From: Collinsella sp.
Lineage (GTDB): Bacteria; Actinomycetota; Coriobacteriia; Coriobacteriales; Coriobacteriaceae
DNA: 64,000 nt
Reading direction: 5' to 3'
Assembly: GCA_019419545.1 (NCBI GenBank)
Contig: DXZT01000050.1
Location: forward strand, 35,840-99,839
Numbering within the stretch: position 1 is the first letter of the stretch; every line of letters starts with the position of its first letter. The position numbers were made by a program, and so were the translations under genes. Shown piece after piece: positions 29,069 to 41,653 of the stretch. The notes beneath the pieces are model-generated. The model did not search any database and was not told the origin of the DNA. It saw only the letters and a list, made by a program, of their open reading frames with translations.

Positions 29069-29112
29069 AAGCGCCCCGCATTTGAGGAAAGCCTCGGATG
29101 CGGGGCGCTTTT
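29069..29112 (+). terminator. Intrinsic terminator after ppk1
   Basis: AAGCGCCCCGCAT...ATGCGGGGCGCTTTT. Confidence 0.65.
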
Positions 29113-29158
29113 CCCTGCTACCATGGTGCGAGCAACAACACGAATGACAGGCAGGGAT

Positions 29159-30472
29159 ATGAAGCTCACTATAGAATCGATGACCTACGGCGCCGACGGG
29201 CTGGCGCACGCCGACAACGGCAAGGCCGTCTTTGTGCAGGGCGCCGTGGCAGGCGACACCGTCGAGGCCGAGGTCGTACAGGACGGCAAGTCGTTCATGC
29301 GCGCCCGCACGACCGAGATTCTGGAGCCGAGCCCCGATCGCATTCAGCCCCCCTGCCCCTTCGTTGGCATCTGCGGCGGTTGTTCGTGGGGCAATCTCTC
29401 ACGCACGGCACAGCTCGCCGCCAAGGAGCAAAACCTGCGCTCCACGCTCGAGCGCATCGGCAAGTTCGCTCCTGAGCAGGTCGATGAGTTGGTACAGCCC
29501 ATCTGCCACACCAAGGACGACTGGGGCTACCGCAATAAAATCGAGCTCGAACCGACCGTCGTCAACGGTCGCGTGCGCCTTGGCATGCACGGTGTCGACC
29601 CCAGCAAAATCGTGACCGTCGATGCGTGCCCGCTGTTCGATAAGCGCTTCCCGAAGGCGCTCAAATCGGTCGTCGGCGCACTCAACTATCTAAGCGGCAG
29701 CCATGACTTGGGACTCGAACGCGTGGGCATTCGTGCATCGCGCCGTACCAAGGCACTCGAGGTCGCACTCTGGACGCCTACAGGCTCTTTTCCGCGCTCG
29801 CAGGTCTCCCGCGTGCTGGCGGACGCCGCTCATCCCACGAGCATCGTGCGCGTGATGAGCAAGGGCGAAAAGAAGGCCCGCCGTGTCTCCAAGGTCGAAA
29901 TGCTCGCCGGAGAGGGCTCATGGACCGAGAATATCGCCGAGGGTCAGATGCGCTTGTCTGCCCCGTCTTTTTTCCAGGTCAACACCAAGGGTGCCGAGAT
30001 TTTGATCGAGCTTGTCATGGAAGCGCTCGACCCGCAAGAAGACGAGCTTGCCGTGGACCTGTACTGCGGCGCCGGAACCTTTACCCTGCCGCTCGCCCGC
30101 CGCTGCGACTTCGTCGCCGCCGTCGAGGCCTACGGCCCGGCCGTGCGCGACCTGCGCCGTAACCTGGAGATCAACAAGCTTGATAACGTCGACGTCATTG
30201 GCGGAGACGCGGTGCGTGAGTTCCCCGACCAGGATGCCGACGTCCTGGTGGTCGACCCGCCGCGCGCAGGCCTCGCCCCCGAGGCGATCGACCTTATCGC
30301 CAGCACGAGTGCTCGCGATGTCGCCTACGTGAGCTGCGACCCGGCCACCCTGGCGCGCGATCTCAAACGCTTTGTCGAAGAAGGCACCTTCTCCCCCGTC
30401 AAGATCACGCCAGTCGACCTGTTCCCGCAAACCTTCCACTGCGAGACCGTCGTCCACCTTAGGCGTAACTAG
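29159..30472 (+). CDS. rlmD: 23S rRNA m5U1939 methyltransferase
   Basis: TRAM domain, CPFVGICGGC Fe-S motif, SFFQVN, DLYCGAG, VDPPRAG, YVSCDPATLARD, DLFPQTFHCE. Confidence 0.93.
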   Translation: MKLTIESMTYGADGLAHADNGKAVFVQGAVAGDTVEAEVVQDGKSFMRARTTEILEPSPDRIQPPCPFVGICGGCSWGNLSRTAQLAAKEQNLRSTLERIGKFAPEQVDELVQPICHTKDDWGYRNKIELEPTVVNGRVRLGMHGVDPSKIVTVDACPLFDKRFPKALKSVVGALNYLSGSHDLGLERVGIRASRRTKALEVALWTPTGSFPRSQVSRVLADAAHPTSIVRVMSKGEKKARRVSKVEMLAGEGSWTENIAEGQMRLSAPSFFQVNTKGAEILIELVMEALDPQEDELAVDLYCGAGTFTLPLARRCDFVAAVEAYGPAVRDLRRNLEINKLDNVDVIGGDAVREFPDQDADVLVVDPPRAGLAPEAIDLIASTSARDVAYVSCDPATLARDLKRFVEEGTFSPVKITPVDLFPQTFHCETVVHLRRN

Positions 30473-30507
30473 ACCGTTTGCCCAAGACCACGCCCGATGA
30501 TTTTTCT

Positions 30508-30555
30508 GGGACGGGGATAAAAAATTGTTCTGAATGATTATTTAATCCCCGTCCC
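30508..30555. repeat. GGGAC...GTCCC palindrome (REP-like)
   Basis: GGGACGGGGAT / ATCCCCGTCCC arms around an AT-rich spacer. Confidence 0.65.
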
Positions 30556-30560
30556 GAAAT

Positions 30561-30965
30561 TGAACCGCCCCCTCATTTCTTGGACATTAGAAATGGGGGG
30601 CTTCTTTATGGACGGGAAAGTCGGACACGACGCCACGCTGAGGACTCTTGCAGCAGAGTTTTGCGACAGGGGATACGGGCGCACCGAAGGCCGAAGGGCG
30701 CCCGGACCCGGCCGGGGCCGGCGGCGCGCGAGGGCGAGCTCTTGCGACGGAGCTGCTGCCCGGGCGCCTGAAGGACGAGTTCTACAGGAACCGGACGTGG
30801 CGGAGCTTCGAGGAGTTCAAGCGGGACCTCCACGCCTACACCGTTCACTGGAACAAGAGGAGGCAGGTTAAGCAAAAGGGACTGACCCCGGAGGAGTTCC
30901 GGAATCAGTCCCCATGTGCGGCATAGGCCGCTAATTGACCCGTCTAAGTTTCGGGGCGCAGTTCA
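30561..30965 (+). mobile_element. Internally deleted IS3-family element (both ends retained)
   Basis: Ends TGAACCGCCCCCTCATTTCTTGGACA and CCGTCTAAGTTTCGGGGCGCAGTTCA (TG...CA imperfect IRs); OrfA-like start at 30608 and OrfB C-terminus LKDEFYRNRTWRSFEEFKRDL...WN...KGLTPEEFR. Confidence 0.85.
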
Positions 30966-31101
30966 TTTCAGCGCCGCCCGAGAAAGCTAAACGCCTTCTG
31001 ACAGGTTGTCCCGGGCCGAGGGCGGCCACCTTGATCGCCCTCGGCCCTCACCCACCTCAACTGCTCCTCAATTACATAGAGCTGATTGAGGAGGGCGCAA
31101 G

Positions 31102-32550
31102 CTAGTGGGCGCCTTCCTCCTCGTCGTTGGGTCGGTAGGTGATGAACTCGATAACAAAGGCCAGGACGGCGGAGATGAGCGAGGCGATGATCGCGAAGAT
31201 CATGTGGGAGATCCCGGCGCCACCAGGGGTCCCGTCGATGAAGTTGAGCAGGTTGAAGACGCCGAGGCCGCCCGAGATGTACATGAGAGCGCCAGTCATT
31301 CCCACGATAGCGCCGCCCACGGCGGAGCTCAGGCATGCCACGACGAACGCGCGCTTGTTGGGGAGGGCGATGCCGTAGATGCCCGGCTCGGTGACGCCGA
31401 AGAAGAAGGCGGAGATCATCGCGGGAAGGGCGATGCCGCGGAAGCGCTCGTCCTTGTTTCTGAGGTACATGGCAAAGATGACCGCTCCGAGTGCGAACCC
31501 GTGGCCGATGGTGGCGGCGAGCACGCTATCGTGGCCGAGGGTGTTCAGGTTCATGATGGAGATGGGGATGAGGCTCCAGTGGAAGCCGAAGATGACGAGG
31601 CACATCCACAGTCCGCCGACTAGGGCGCTGCCCAGGACGGAACCAACCACGGGGAGCTGGAAGATGAACGAGAACGCCGCGCTCAGCAGGTTGGTGATGA
31701 GGGTGGCCACCGGGCCGATGATGAGGTAGCCCAAGACGATGGAGACCGTCATCGTGGCGAGCGGGACAAGGAACATCTTGAGCGCAGCCGGCATCCAGCT
31801 CTTGAGCCAGCGCTCAAGGATAGAGCCGAACCACACCATGAGAAGGACGGGGATCACCGAGCTCACGTAGCCGGACACGGGCATGATGATGGGGAGCCCG
31901 AGGGCGGTGGCGTACCACGAGAACGTGCCGGCCACGCCGAGGTCGATGCTGCCGAGCGCCTCGCCCGAGGTCAGGGCGACCATCGTCGGGTAGAGGAGCG
32001 CCACGCCGATTGCCACGCCGGTGAACTCGTTCATGCGGAACTTGCGCGCGGCACTGAACGCCAGGGCGACGGGAAGGAAGTAGAAGAAGCCGTCAGCCAC
32101 GGTGTAGAGCAGCGTGTAGAGGCCGTCGTTTGCAAAGGCCGGGACGAAGTAGGTGATGAGGGCAAGCAGTCCCTTCATGATGCCTGCGGCGGCAAGCGGT
32201 CCCAGGATGGGCTGGAAGATGCCAGAGATGAGGTCGATGATGACGGAGGCAACGGTCTTATCGCCCTGGGGCTCGTCGTCGGCGCTTGCGCCGCCCGAGA
32301 AGTTGCCGGCCTCCAGGACCGCGTCGTAGACGTCCTCGACGATGTTGCCCACGACCACCTGGTACTGGCCGTTGGCCTGGATGACCTGGATGACGCCCTT
32401 GAGGGCCTCGATCTTGGCCGTGTTGGCGCGGGACTTGTCCTTGAGTTTGAAGCGCACGCGCGTGATGCAGTGCGCGACGCTGGCGACGTTCTCGGCGCCG
32501 CCTACGTTCTCGAGTATGGATCTGGCCAGGTCGTCGTATTTTTCTGCCAT
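31102..32550 (-). CDS. PTS beta-glucoside transporter EIIBC (no EIIA domain)
   Basis: ILENVGGAENV..HCITRVRFKL (EIIB Cys), GQYQVVVG, FGFHW, GVTEPGIYG. Confidence 0.92.
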   Translation of the reverse strand: MAEKYDDLARSILENVGGAENVASVAHCITRVRFKLKDKSRANTAKIEALKGVIQVIQANGQYQVVVGNIVEDVYDAVLEAGNFSGGASADDEPQGDKTVASVIIDLISGIFQPILGPLAAAGIMKGLLALITYFVPAFANDGLYTLLYTVADGFFYFLPVALAFSAARKFRMNEFTGVAIGVALLYPTMVALTSGEALGSIDLGVAGTFSWYATALGLPIIMPVSGYVSSVIPVLLMVWFGSILERWLKSWMPAALKMFLVPLATMTVSIVLGYLIIGPVATLITNLLSAAFSFIFQLPVVGSVLGSALVGGLWMCLVIFGFHWSLIPISIMNLNTLGHDSVLAATIGHGFALGAVIFAMYLRNKDERFRGIALPAMISAFFFGVTEPGIYGIALPNKRAFVVACLSSAVGGAIVGMTGALMYISGGLGVFNLLNFIDGTPGGAGISHMIFAIIASLISAVLAFVIEFITYRPNDEEEGAH

Positions 32551-32581
32551 TATTTTCTCCTTAGTGATATTGCCCGGGTGG

Positions 32582-35114
<2,533 letters not shown>

Positions 35115-35231
35115 TAGGCTCCCTTCCGTCTGCTGTCTTGCAGACGCACGTCTCGTGCGTCTGTTCCCTGCAGTCGGAAGGTGGGCTCGTGCGGTCTTCT
35201 GGCGGTGCATGTGGCACCTGCTGCCAAGACG

Positions 35232-35346
35232 AAAAAAGCCACGCAACCGACTGCTCGGTTGCGTGGCAAAAAGGTGGCTAGCGCCCAGAAAAGTCCACGC
35301 GTTTTTAGACTGGGACAAAGTACTACAACAGATGAGATTCCGTCAA
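35232..35346 (-). promoter_or_regulatory. Promoter plus leader terminator (attenuator-like) upstream of the EamA gene
   Basis: TTGACG-N18-TACTTT (35346-35317); perfect 13-bp stem GCCACGCAACCGA/TCGGTTGCGTGGC plus U6 at 35267-35232. Confidence 0.65.
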
Positions 35347-35613
35347 GAAAAACCGAGGAAAAAAGTGAGCCTCTGCCCGCCGTACCTGTGGCGGTCGTTC
35401 CCCGAACGGGGCGGTGCTGTTGGGGACTGTCTCGATCTGTAACAGTTGGGGCTAGTTTTGGTCGATGGATGTTACAGATTGAGATTGTTGAGGATGGGTG
35501 GGGGTAGCTAATTCGGACAGGGCTATTTTAAACATTGGGAAATCGAGCGTGGCAAGCGGAGGTCTTCGGGGTATAAGACGGCTAATTGTATGCCGCCTAT
35601 GAAAGGAAACCTC

Positions 35614-36156
35614 ATGCCCAGCGTTGCCGTTCTCGCCGCCGATGGCTTTGAAACTATTGAATGCCTGACCATGGTCGATGTCATGCGTCGCGGCGGCGTG
35701 CGCGCCACGCTTGTCTCGATCATGCCCACGCGCGAGGTCGTAAGCTCGTTGCAGATTCCCGTGACCTGCGATGCGCTCTTTGACGAGATCAACTTTGACG
35801 AGTACGACTGCGTCGTGCTACCTGGCGGCCTGCCCGGCGCCACCAACCTGCGTGCCGACCAGCGCGTCTGCGACGTGGTCTGCGAGTTCGCCGCCGCCAA
35901 GCACGTCGCCGCCATCTGCGCCGCCCCGTTTATCCTGGGTGAGCTCGACCTGCTCGAGGGGCGCCACGCCACGTGCTTCCCTGGCTTTGAGAAGAGCTTC
36001 CCCGAAGGCGCCTATACCGGCGAGAAGGTTACGCAAGACGGCAACATCATCACCGCCAGCGGCATGGCCCAGTCGCTCCCCTTCGCGCTTGAGCTGCTGC
36101 GCACGCTCGCCGGCGACAATGCTGTCGAGAAGGTTGCCGAGGGCATTCAGCTATGA
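35614..36156 (+). CDS. DJ-1/PfpI (YajL/ThiJ-like) protein
   Basis: LAADGFETIE, VLPGGLPGATNL, AAICAAP, ATCFPG. Confidence 0.92.
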   Translation: MPSVAVLAADGFETIECLTMVDVMRRGGVRATLVSIMPTREVVSSLQIPVTCDALFDEINFDEYDCVVLPGGLPGATNLRADQRVCDVVCEFAAAKHVAAICAAPFILGELDLLEGRHATCFPGFEKSFPEGAYTGEKVTQDGNIITASGMAQSLPFALELLRTLAGDNAVEKVAEGIQL

Positions 36157-36734
36157 TTTTGGCCTCGCAATCACCGCGCCGCATCGAGTTGATGCGCGAG
36201 GCGGGCTATGTCATTCGCATCATTCCTGCCGATATCGACGAAACGCCGTTTGATGGCGAGGCCCCGCTTACGCTCGTTGAACGCTTAGCACGCGCCAAAG
36301 CCGCCGCCGTTGCCGCCGAGCATGCCGAGCCCAATGAGCTGACGGTCGCGGCCGACACCATCGTCACCTTTGACGGCAAGATTCTGGGCAAGCCGGCAAC
36401 CGAGGACGAGGCGCGTACCATGCTCCGTGAGCTTTCGGGCCGCACGCACCAGGTCGCAACCGGCGTCTGCATCGTTAAGGCAGGCGATACGGCCGCCCCA
36501 CATGCCGCCGAGAGCCTGTCCTTTGTCGATGTGACCGACGTGACGTTCTACGAGCTCACCGACGAGCAGATCGAGCACTACGTCGCCTCGGGTGAGCCCA
36601 TGGACAAGGCCGGCGCCTACGGCATTCAGGGCACAGGAGGACGCATGCTCGTGCATGATATATCGGGCGACTTCTATAACGTGGTGGGCCTACCCATCGC
36701 TCGCGTCGCGCGCGCGATTCAAAAGCTCTCGTAA
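36153..36734 (+). CDS. maf: Maf family nucleotide pyrophosphatase
   Basis: ILASQSPRR, ADTIV, LGKP, DKAGAYGIQG, NVVGLP. Confidence 0.95.
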   Translation: MILASQSPRRIELMREAGYVIRIIPADIDETPFDGEAPLTLVERLARAKAAAVAAEHAEPNELTVAADTIVTFDGKILGKPATEDEARTMLRELSGRTHQVATGVCIVKAGDTAAPHAAESLSFVDVTDVTFYELTDEQIEHYVASGEPMDKAGAYGIQGTGGRMLVHDISGDFYNVVGLPIARVARAIQKLS

Positions 36735-36835
36735 TTGCATCTGGCGCTGGGTATCCCCCAGCGCCTACAATTTTGGCGTACCGTACGGATCCCGACCGGG
36801 CACATGGCGCGGCGGAAAACCGATAGGAGTTAAAC

Positions 36836-37837
36836 ATGGATACACTGCTCGAGGCCATTGACGTCTGCGATGTCGATGGCTTTTGCTATGGCAACTATAC
36901 GGACGAGGAGGCCGGCACCGGTTGCACCGTAATCGTGGCACCCGAGGGCGCCACCGGCGGCGTTGACGTTCGCGGCGGTGCTCCAGCATCGCGCGAAACC
37001 GACCTGCTGCGACCCGAGAACACCGTCGACAAGGTCCACGCCGTCTGCCTTTCGGGCGGATCGGCCTTTGGTCTGGAGGCTGCAAGCGGCGTCGCCCGCG
37101 AGCTCGAGAGCCGCGGCATCGGCCTTCCCGTCGGCCCCACGCAGGTGCCTATCGTGTGCTCCAGCTGCATCTTCGACCTCGCCTTTGGCGATCCCACCGT
37201 GCGCCCCGACATAGAGGCCGGCATCGCCGCCGTGCGCGAGGCACTCGACAACACCCCCACTATACTCGAGCAGGGCAATGTGGGCGCCGGCACCGGCGCT
37301 ACCGTAGGTAAGCTCATGGGTCCCGCCACCTGCATGAAGGCCGGCCTTGGCGCTGCTGCCGTGGCGCTCGGCCCTGTCAAGGTGGGCGCTGTGGTCTCGG
37401 TCAACGCCTGCGGCAACGTCGTCGACCCGACCACGGGCGAGTGGGTAGCCGGCATGCGCGCCGCAGCCGATAGCGACCAGATCGTCGACATGGAGCTCGC
37501 CGCTTTTGCCGCCGCCGGCTCTATGCAGATGCCGCTCGACCGCACCAACACCACTATCAGCTGCATCGTCACCAACGTGAAGCTCACCAAGGCCCAGACC
37601 ACCAAGGTCTCCCAGATGGCAGCAGACGCCTACGCGCACGCCATCCGTCCCACGCACACCACCAACGACGGCGACACCATCTACACCCTCGCCAGCGGCA
37701 AACTAGGCGCCCAGGCAAGCGCCGCCGTTCCCCTAGACCTGCTGGGCATGCTCGCCGTAAGGGCCCTACAGACCGCCATCGTAAACGGAGCAAAAAATGC
37801 CAAAACCTCCCACGGCATCCCCGGCGCCGCGAAGTAG
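36836..37837 (+). CDS. P1/S58 (DmpA-like) aminopeptidase
   Basis: DVRGGAPASRETDLL, LSGGSAFGL, GAGTGATVG, NTTI cleavage-site motif, HTTNDGDTIY. Confidence 0.88.
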   Translation: MDTLLEAIDVCDVDGFCYGNYTDEEAGTGCTVIVAPEGATGGVDVRGGAPASRETDLLRPENTVDKVHAVCLSGGSAFGLEAASGVARELESRGIGLPVGPTQVPIVCSSCIFDLAFGDPTVRPDIEAGIAAVREALDNTPTILEQGNVGAGTGATVGKLMGPATCMKAGLGAAAVALGPVKVGAVVSVNACGNVVDPTTGEWVAGMRAAADSDQIVDMELAAFAAAGSMQMPLDRTNTTISCIVTNVKLTKAQTTKVSQMAADAYAHAIRPTHTTNDGDTIYTLASGKLGAQASAAVPLDLLGMLAVRALQTAIVNGAKNAKTSHGIPGAAK

Positions 37838-37849
37838 CCTAACCTGAAC

Positions 37850-37976
37850 GGTTGCCCGGTGGGGCTTGGTTATGTTTGCTGCTCTACAGTCCTGGCTCGC
37901 ACGAAGAGCACATTAAGTGCTCTTCGGCTCGTGCGGAACTCGCGACAAACATAACCAAGCCCACCGGGCAACCTAC
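37850..37976. repeat. Long GTAG-tagged palindrome, copy 1
   Basis: 28-bp outer arms, inner GAAGAGCAC/GTGCTCTTC, internal ACAGTCCTG and CGTGCGGAACTCG. Confidence 0.85.
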
Positions 37977-38062
37977 TCAACTAGATCCCTTTCAGCCCAG
38001 GCCCCTGTGTACCGCGCGTCCAAGATCTTCAAATTCAGCCGTCTGACATAAAGCAAGACATA

Positions 38063-38178
38063 GCAGAGGACCCCTGGTCCTTAACTTGATACGAGTTCCG
38101 CACGCAAAGGAGGCGCCAGTGGCGCCTCCGTCTTGCGCAGGACTGTCCGAAGTAGCAAGTTAAGGACCAGGGGTCCCC
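38063..38178. repeat. Long GCAG-tagged palindrome, copy 2 (inverted relative to copy 1)
   Basis: 21-bp perfect arms GGACCCCTGGTCCTTAACTTG, inner GGAGGCGCC/GGCGCCTCC, internal CGAGTTCCGCACG and CAGGACTGT. Confidence 0.85.
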
Positions 38179-38198
38179 GTTGCCCGAGCGTTTCTGTG

Positions 38199-39230
38199 CT
38201 AGTTGAATTTGAAGATCTTTGAGGCAAGATGGTATAGGCCGAGTGTGGTTTTGTCTCCGGCCCGTCCATGCAGGTTGGTAAAGAATCCGACTACGCCGTA
38301 GCGAGCGCGACGATACATGCGCTCGTCGTACTCCTTCAGGTCCTTCCACAGCGTCTTCAGGCGCTCATCGGCACAATCTTCCTCGGAAAGCTTCGTAAGC
38401 ACCGAGCAGATTGCCATCATCATGGTGAAGTAGCCCATCATGTACGAACGCAGACGCGAGGACTCAACGTCCTGGTACAGGTGGAACGATTCCATCATGA
38501 TGCGCGTTACGCGGAACTGCTGGCCCAGGCGCTTGACCATCGTGGCCTCGTTGACGCTCTGGCCCTCGCGACCGATAAAGTAGCGATAGAGGTCGATGTC
38601 GGCGTAGTACATGGTCTTGCAGCGCGGCAGCGGTACGTATGCGTAGATATTATCCACGTAGAACGTGTGCGCCGGCATAGGCAGATTGGACTCACGCAGT
38701 ACGTCGGTGCGATAGCACAGGCTGTGCATGAGCAGGTTCTGATCGGGACGGAAGTGTCCGATCTGGTCCCAAGAGAAAAACTTTTTGCGCGGAAGGGCAA
38801 ACTTGTAGCCAATAGCGGTATGCGTGCCCTCGTAAACCTTCTCGTACACGTAGTTCGAGATAAACAGGTCGACGCGCTGGTCGCGCTCCTCAAAGCCACG
38901 CAGAATCGACAGCATGGTCGAAAGCGCCGCACCGTCGAGCCAGTCGTCCGAGTCAACGACCTTATAGTACGTACCATGCGCCTCGCGCAGGCCCGAGAGG
39001 ACGGCGATACCGTGGCCGCCATTCTCCTGGTGCACCGCGCGGATGATTCCAGGATAACGGGCCTCCCACTCGTCGGCCTTGGCGGCCGTCTCGTCCTTGG
39101 AGCCGTCGTCCACCACGATAATCTCGATATCGGTGGCGTAATTGCTCCCCTCCAAGATGGAGGTGATGCAATGGTCCATATCCTTGGCGGCGTTATACGA
39201 GGGAATACCGAATGTTATGACTTTATGCAT
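38199..39230 (-). CDS. Glycosyltransferase family 2
   Basis: IPSYNA, VDDGSKD, ENGGHG, VDSDD; overlaps the glf stop. Confidence 0.92.
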   Translation of the reverse strand: MHKVITFGIPSYNAAKDMDHCITSILEGSNYATDIEIIVVDDGSKDETAAKADEWEARYPGIIRAVHQENGGHGIAVLSGLREAHGTYYKVVDSDDWLDGAALSTMLSILRGFEERDQRVDLFISNYVYEKVYEGTHTAIGYKFALPRKKFFSWDQIGHFRPDQNLLMHSLCYRTDVLRESNLPMPAHTFYVDNIYAYVPLPRCKTMYYADIDLYRYFIGREGQSVNEATMVKRLGQQFRVTRIMMESFHLYQDVESSRLRSYMMGYFTMMMAICSVLTKLSEEDCADERLKTLWKDLKEYDERMYRRARYGVVGFFTNLHGRAGDKTTLGLYHLASKIFKFN

Positions 39231-40425
39231 GGCAGGCGATAATCTCATCCGAAAGATCGAGGGCAGAATTGGTCACGGCGTCCATATCGTAGTAACGATA
39301 CTCGGCCAGACGACCCACTGGGTGGAAGTTCGTCAGGTTCTGGACGCGCTCAAGGTAGCGCTCGTAGAGCTCGCGGTTCTCGGGCTCCAGGATGGCGTAG
39401 TACGGCGTCTCGCCCGAGCCGGGCGTATAGGCCTTGGAGTACTCCTTCATGATGGTGGTCTTGCCGGGCAGGACCTGACCAGTCATGTTCTTGAACTCGG
39501 TAATGCGCGTATAGTCCTCGCTCGTGGTGTAGTTGACGGTGCCCACGGGCTGGAACTGATCCATATCGAACGTCTCGAACTTCATATCGAGCGTGCGGTA
39601 CGGCAGCGCGCCCAGGTCGAGGTTGAACAGCTCGTCGAGCGGACCGGTGTAGACGATCTCGCCACCATAGACCTTGCCGTCGATCTTGACGGTGGTCTCG
39701 TCGATTTCAAAGAGGTCACGGGCGTCTACGTCACAGAACACGTCGATCAGATCGTGATCGAGCATATGCTCGAACAGCGCGGTATAGCCGTCCTGCGGCA
39801 TGCCCTGGAAAGGAGCCTGCGGGAAGTAGCGATCGTCATCGCCCACAAAGACGGGAACGCGGCCGGTGATCGAGGGGTCGATCTGGTCGGGCGTCTGGCC
39901 CCACTGCTTCATGGTGTAATGCAAAAAGACGTTCTCATAGACATAATCGGCGACCTCGGCAAGATCCGGGTCGTTCTTCTTGCGCAGCTCCATAATGGGC
40001 ACCTTGACGTCCTTGCCAAAGGTCTCCACGAGCTTCTGATACAGCTCCTCGCCGCGCTCATCGCCAAAGGCGAGCTTGAGGCTCGCATGGTTAAAGGGCA
40101 CGGGCATAAGGGTGCCGTTGATGTTGGCGAGCACCTTGTGCTGGTAGTCCGTCCACTTGGTAAAGCGCGACAGGAAGTTATGGACGCGCTCGTTAAAAGT
40201 GTGATAGATGTGCGGACCGTACTCGTGGACCAGGATTCCGGCCTCGTCAGTGCAGTCGTAGGCATTACCCGCGATGTGGCCGCGACGCTCCAAAACGGCA
40301 ACACGATAGCCGATAGTTTCGGCAAGACGACGGGCGCAAACGGCACCGGCATAACCGGCGCCGACAACGATCATGTCATACGCACCGGCATTAAAGCCTT
40401 CAGGCAGGCCTGAGGTAATCTGCAT
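39223..40425 (-). CDS. glf: UDP-galactopyranose mutase
   Basis: VGAGYAG, HIAGNAYD, HEYGPHIYHT, YTMKQWG, LPYRTL, GRLAEYRYYDMD. Confidence 0.96.
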   Translation of the reverse strand: MQITSGLPEGFNAGAYDMIVVGAGYAGAVCARRLAETIGYRVAVLERRGHIAGNAYDCTDEAGILVHEYGPHIYHTFNERVHNFLSRFTKWTDYQHKVLANINGTLMPVPFNHASLKLAFGDERGEELYQKLVETFGKDVKVPIMELRKKNDPDLAEVADYVYENVFLHYTMKQWGQTPDQIDPSITGRVPVFVGDDDRYFPQAPFQGMPQDGYTALFEHMLDHDLIDVFCDVDARDLFEIDETTVKIDGKVYGGEIVYTGPLDELFNLDLGALPYRTLDMKFETFDMDQFQPVGTVNYTTSEDYTRITEFKNMTGQVLPGKTTIMKEYSKAYTPGSGETPYYAILEPENRELYERYLERVQNLTNFHPVGRLAEYRYYDMDAVTNSALDLSDEIIACHA

Positions 40426-40657
40426 CGATACTCCTTGTCAAAAGCCACACGCTTTTTAACTGGGCTTTTTCTCGAACATACGTCGAGACATATTTATCAG
40501 AGCGATTATAGCGCTAATGCGTCCTATAATGAGCTTGCCACACAAGGAAAGCTCAAGCACCGCGGCGTACATAATTGTAAGGTAAACCCGCTAGCAGCGG
40601 GTTTATTCGTGTACAGCCGAGGGCCTGGAGCTTAGCGAAACGCTTGTAAGGAGTATC

Positions 40658-41638
40658 ATGAGCGATTTCCTAAACCGTATGAAGTCTGCCGCCAAGGCCG
40701 ACCTTAAGACCATCGTCCTGCCCGAGGGCGAGGATCCGCGTACCATCGTCGCGGCAAACAAAATCATCGAGGAGGGCCTGGCCAACATCGTCATCCTGGG
40801 CGATCCCAACGAGATCAACGTCCCCGGCGCCACCGTCATCGATCCGCGCAACGCCGAGAAGCACGAGGAGTACGCGCAGAAGTTTGCCGAGCTCCGCGCC
40901 AAGAAGGGCGTTACCATCGAACAGGCTCGCGCCCAGGTGATGGACGCTACCTACTTTGGCACCATGATGGTCAAGATGGGCGACGCCGACGGCCTGGTCT
41001 CCGGCGCCTGTCACTCCACCGCCGACACCCTGCGCCCCGCGCTGCAGATCCTCAAGACCGCTCCGGGCACCAAGCTGGTCTCGGCCTTCTTCGTGATGTG
41101 CACCGACACCCCGCAGTTCGGTACCGACGGCACGCTGATCTTCGCCGACTGCGGCCTCAATATCAACCCGTCCTCCGACGAGCTCTCCGAGATCGCCATC
41201 GCCTCGGCCCACTCCTGGTCCACCTTTATGGGCAATGTTGAGCCGCACGTGGCCATGCTCTCCTACTCCACCATGGGCTCCGCCGGTGGCGAGGTCGCCA
41301 AGAAGGTCCAGGAGGCCGTGAAGTTCTGCAAGGAGAAGGCTCCCGAGCTCGCCATCGACGGCGACCTGCAGCTCGATGCCGCTATCGTCCCCACCGTCGC
41401 CCAGCTCAAGGCTCCCGGCTCCTCTGTCGCCGGTAAGGCCAACGTGCTCGTGTTCCCCGACCTCGAGGCCGGCAACATCGGCTACAAGCTGGTTCAGCGC
41501 TTCGCTGGTGCCGACGCCTACGGCCCCATCCTGCAGGGCATCGCCAAGCCGGTTAACGACCTTTCGCGCGGCTGTTCTGCCGACGACATCGTGGGTGTCG
41601 TAGCCATCACCGCCGTCCAGGCTCAGATGGCTGAGTAG
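40658..41638 (+). CDS. pta: Phosphate acetyltransferase
   Basis: IVLPEGEDPR, FADCG, MLSYST, DGDLQLDAA, FPDLEAGNIGYK, NDLSRG. Confidence 0.97.
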   Translation: MSDFLNRMKSAAKADLKTIVLPEGEDPRTIVAANKIIEEGLANIVILGDPNEINVPGATVIDPRNAEKHEEYAQKFAELRAKKGVTIEQARAQVMDATYFGTMMVKMGDADGLVSGACHSTADTLRPALQILKTAPGTKLVSAFFVMCTDTPQFGTDGTLIFADCGLNINPSSDELSEIAIASAHSWSTFMGNVEPHVAMLSYSTMGSAGGEVAKKVQEAVKFCKEKAPELAIDGDLQLDAAIVPTVAQLKAPGSSVAGKANVLVFPDLEAGNIGYKLVQRFAGADAYGPILQGIAKPVNDLSRGCSADDIVGVVAITAVQAQMAE

Positions 41639-41653
41639 CGGACGCACTCGCCC

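Noticed and set aside
29048..29072. GTTTGTAGAAGC tandem duplication after ppk1
   Set aside because: Only two copies; likely slippage, no function evident
40471..40487. CTCGAACATACGTCGAG as a LexA box between glf and pta
   Set aside because: Spacing and right half do not fit GAAC-N4-GTTC
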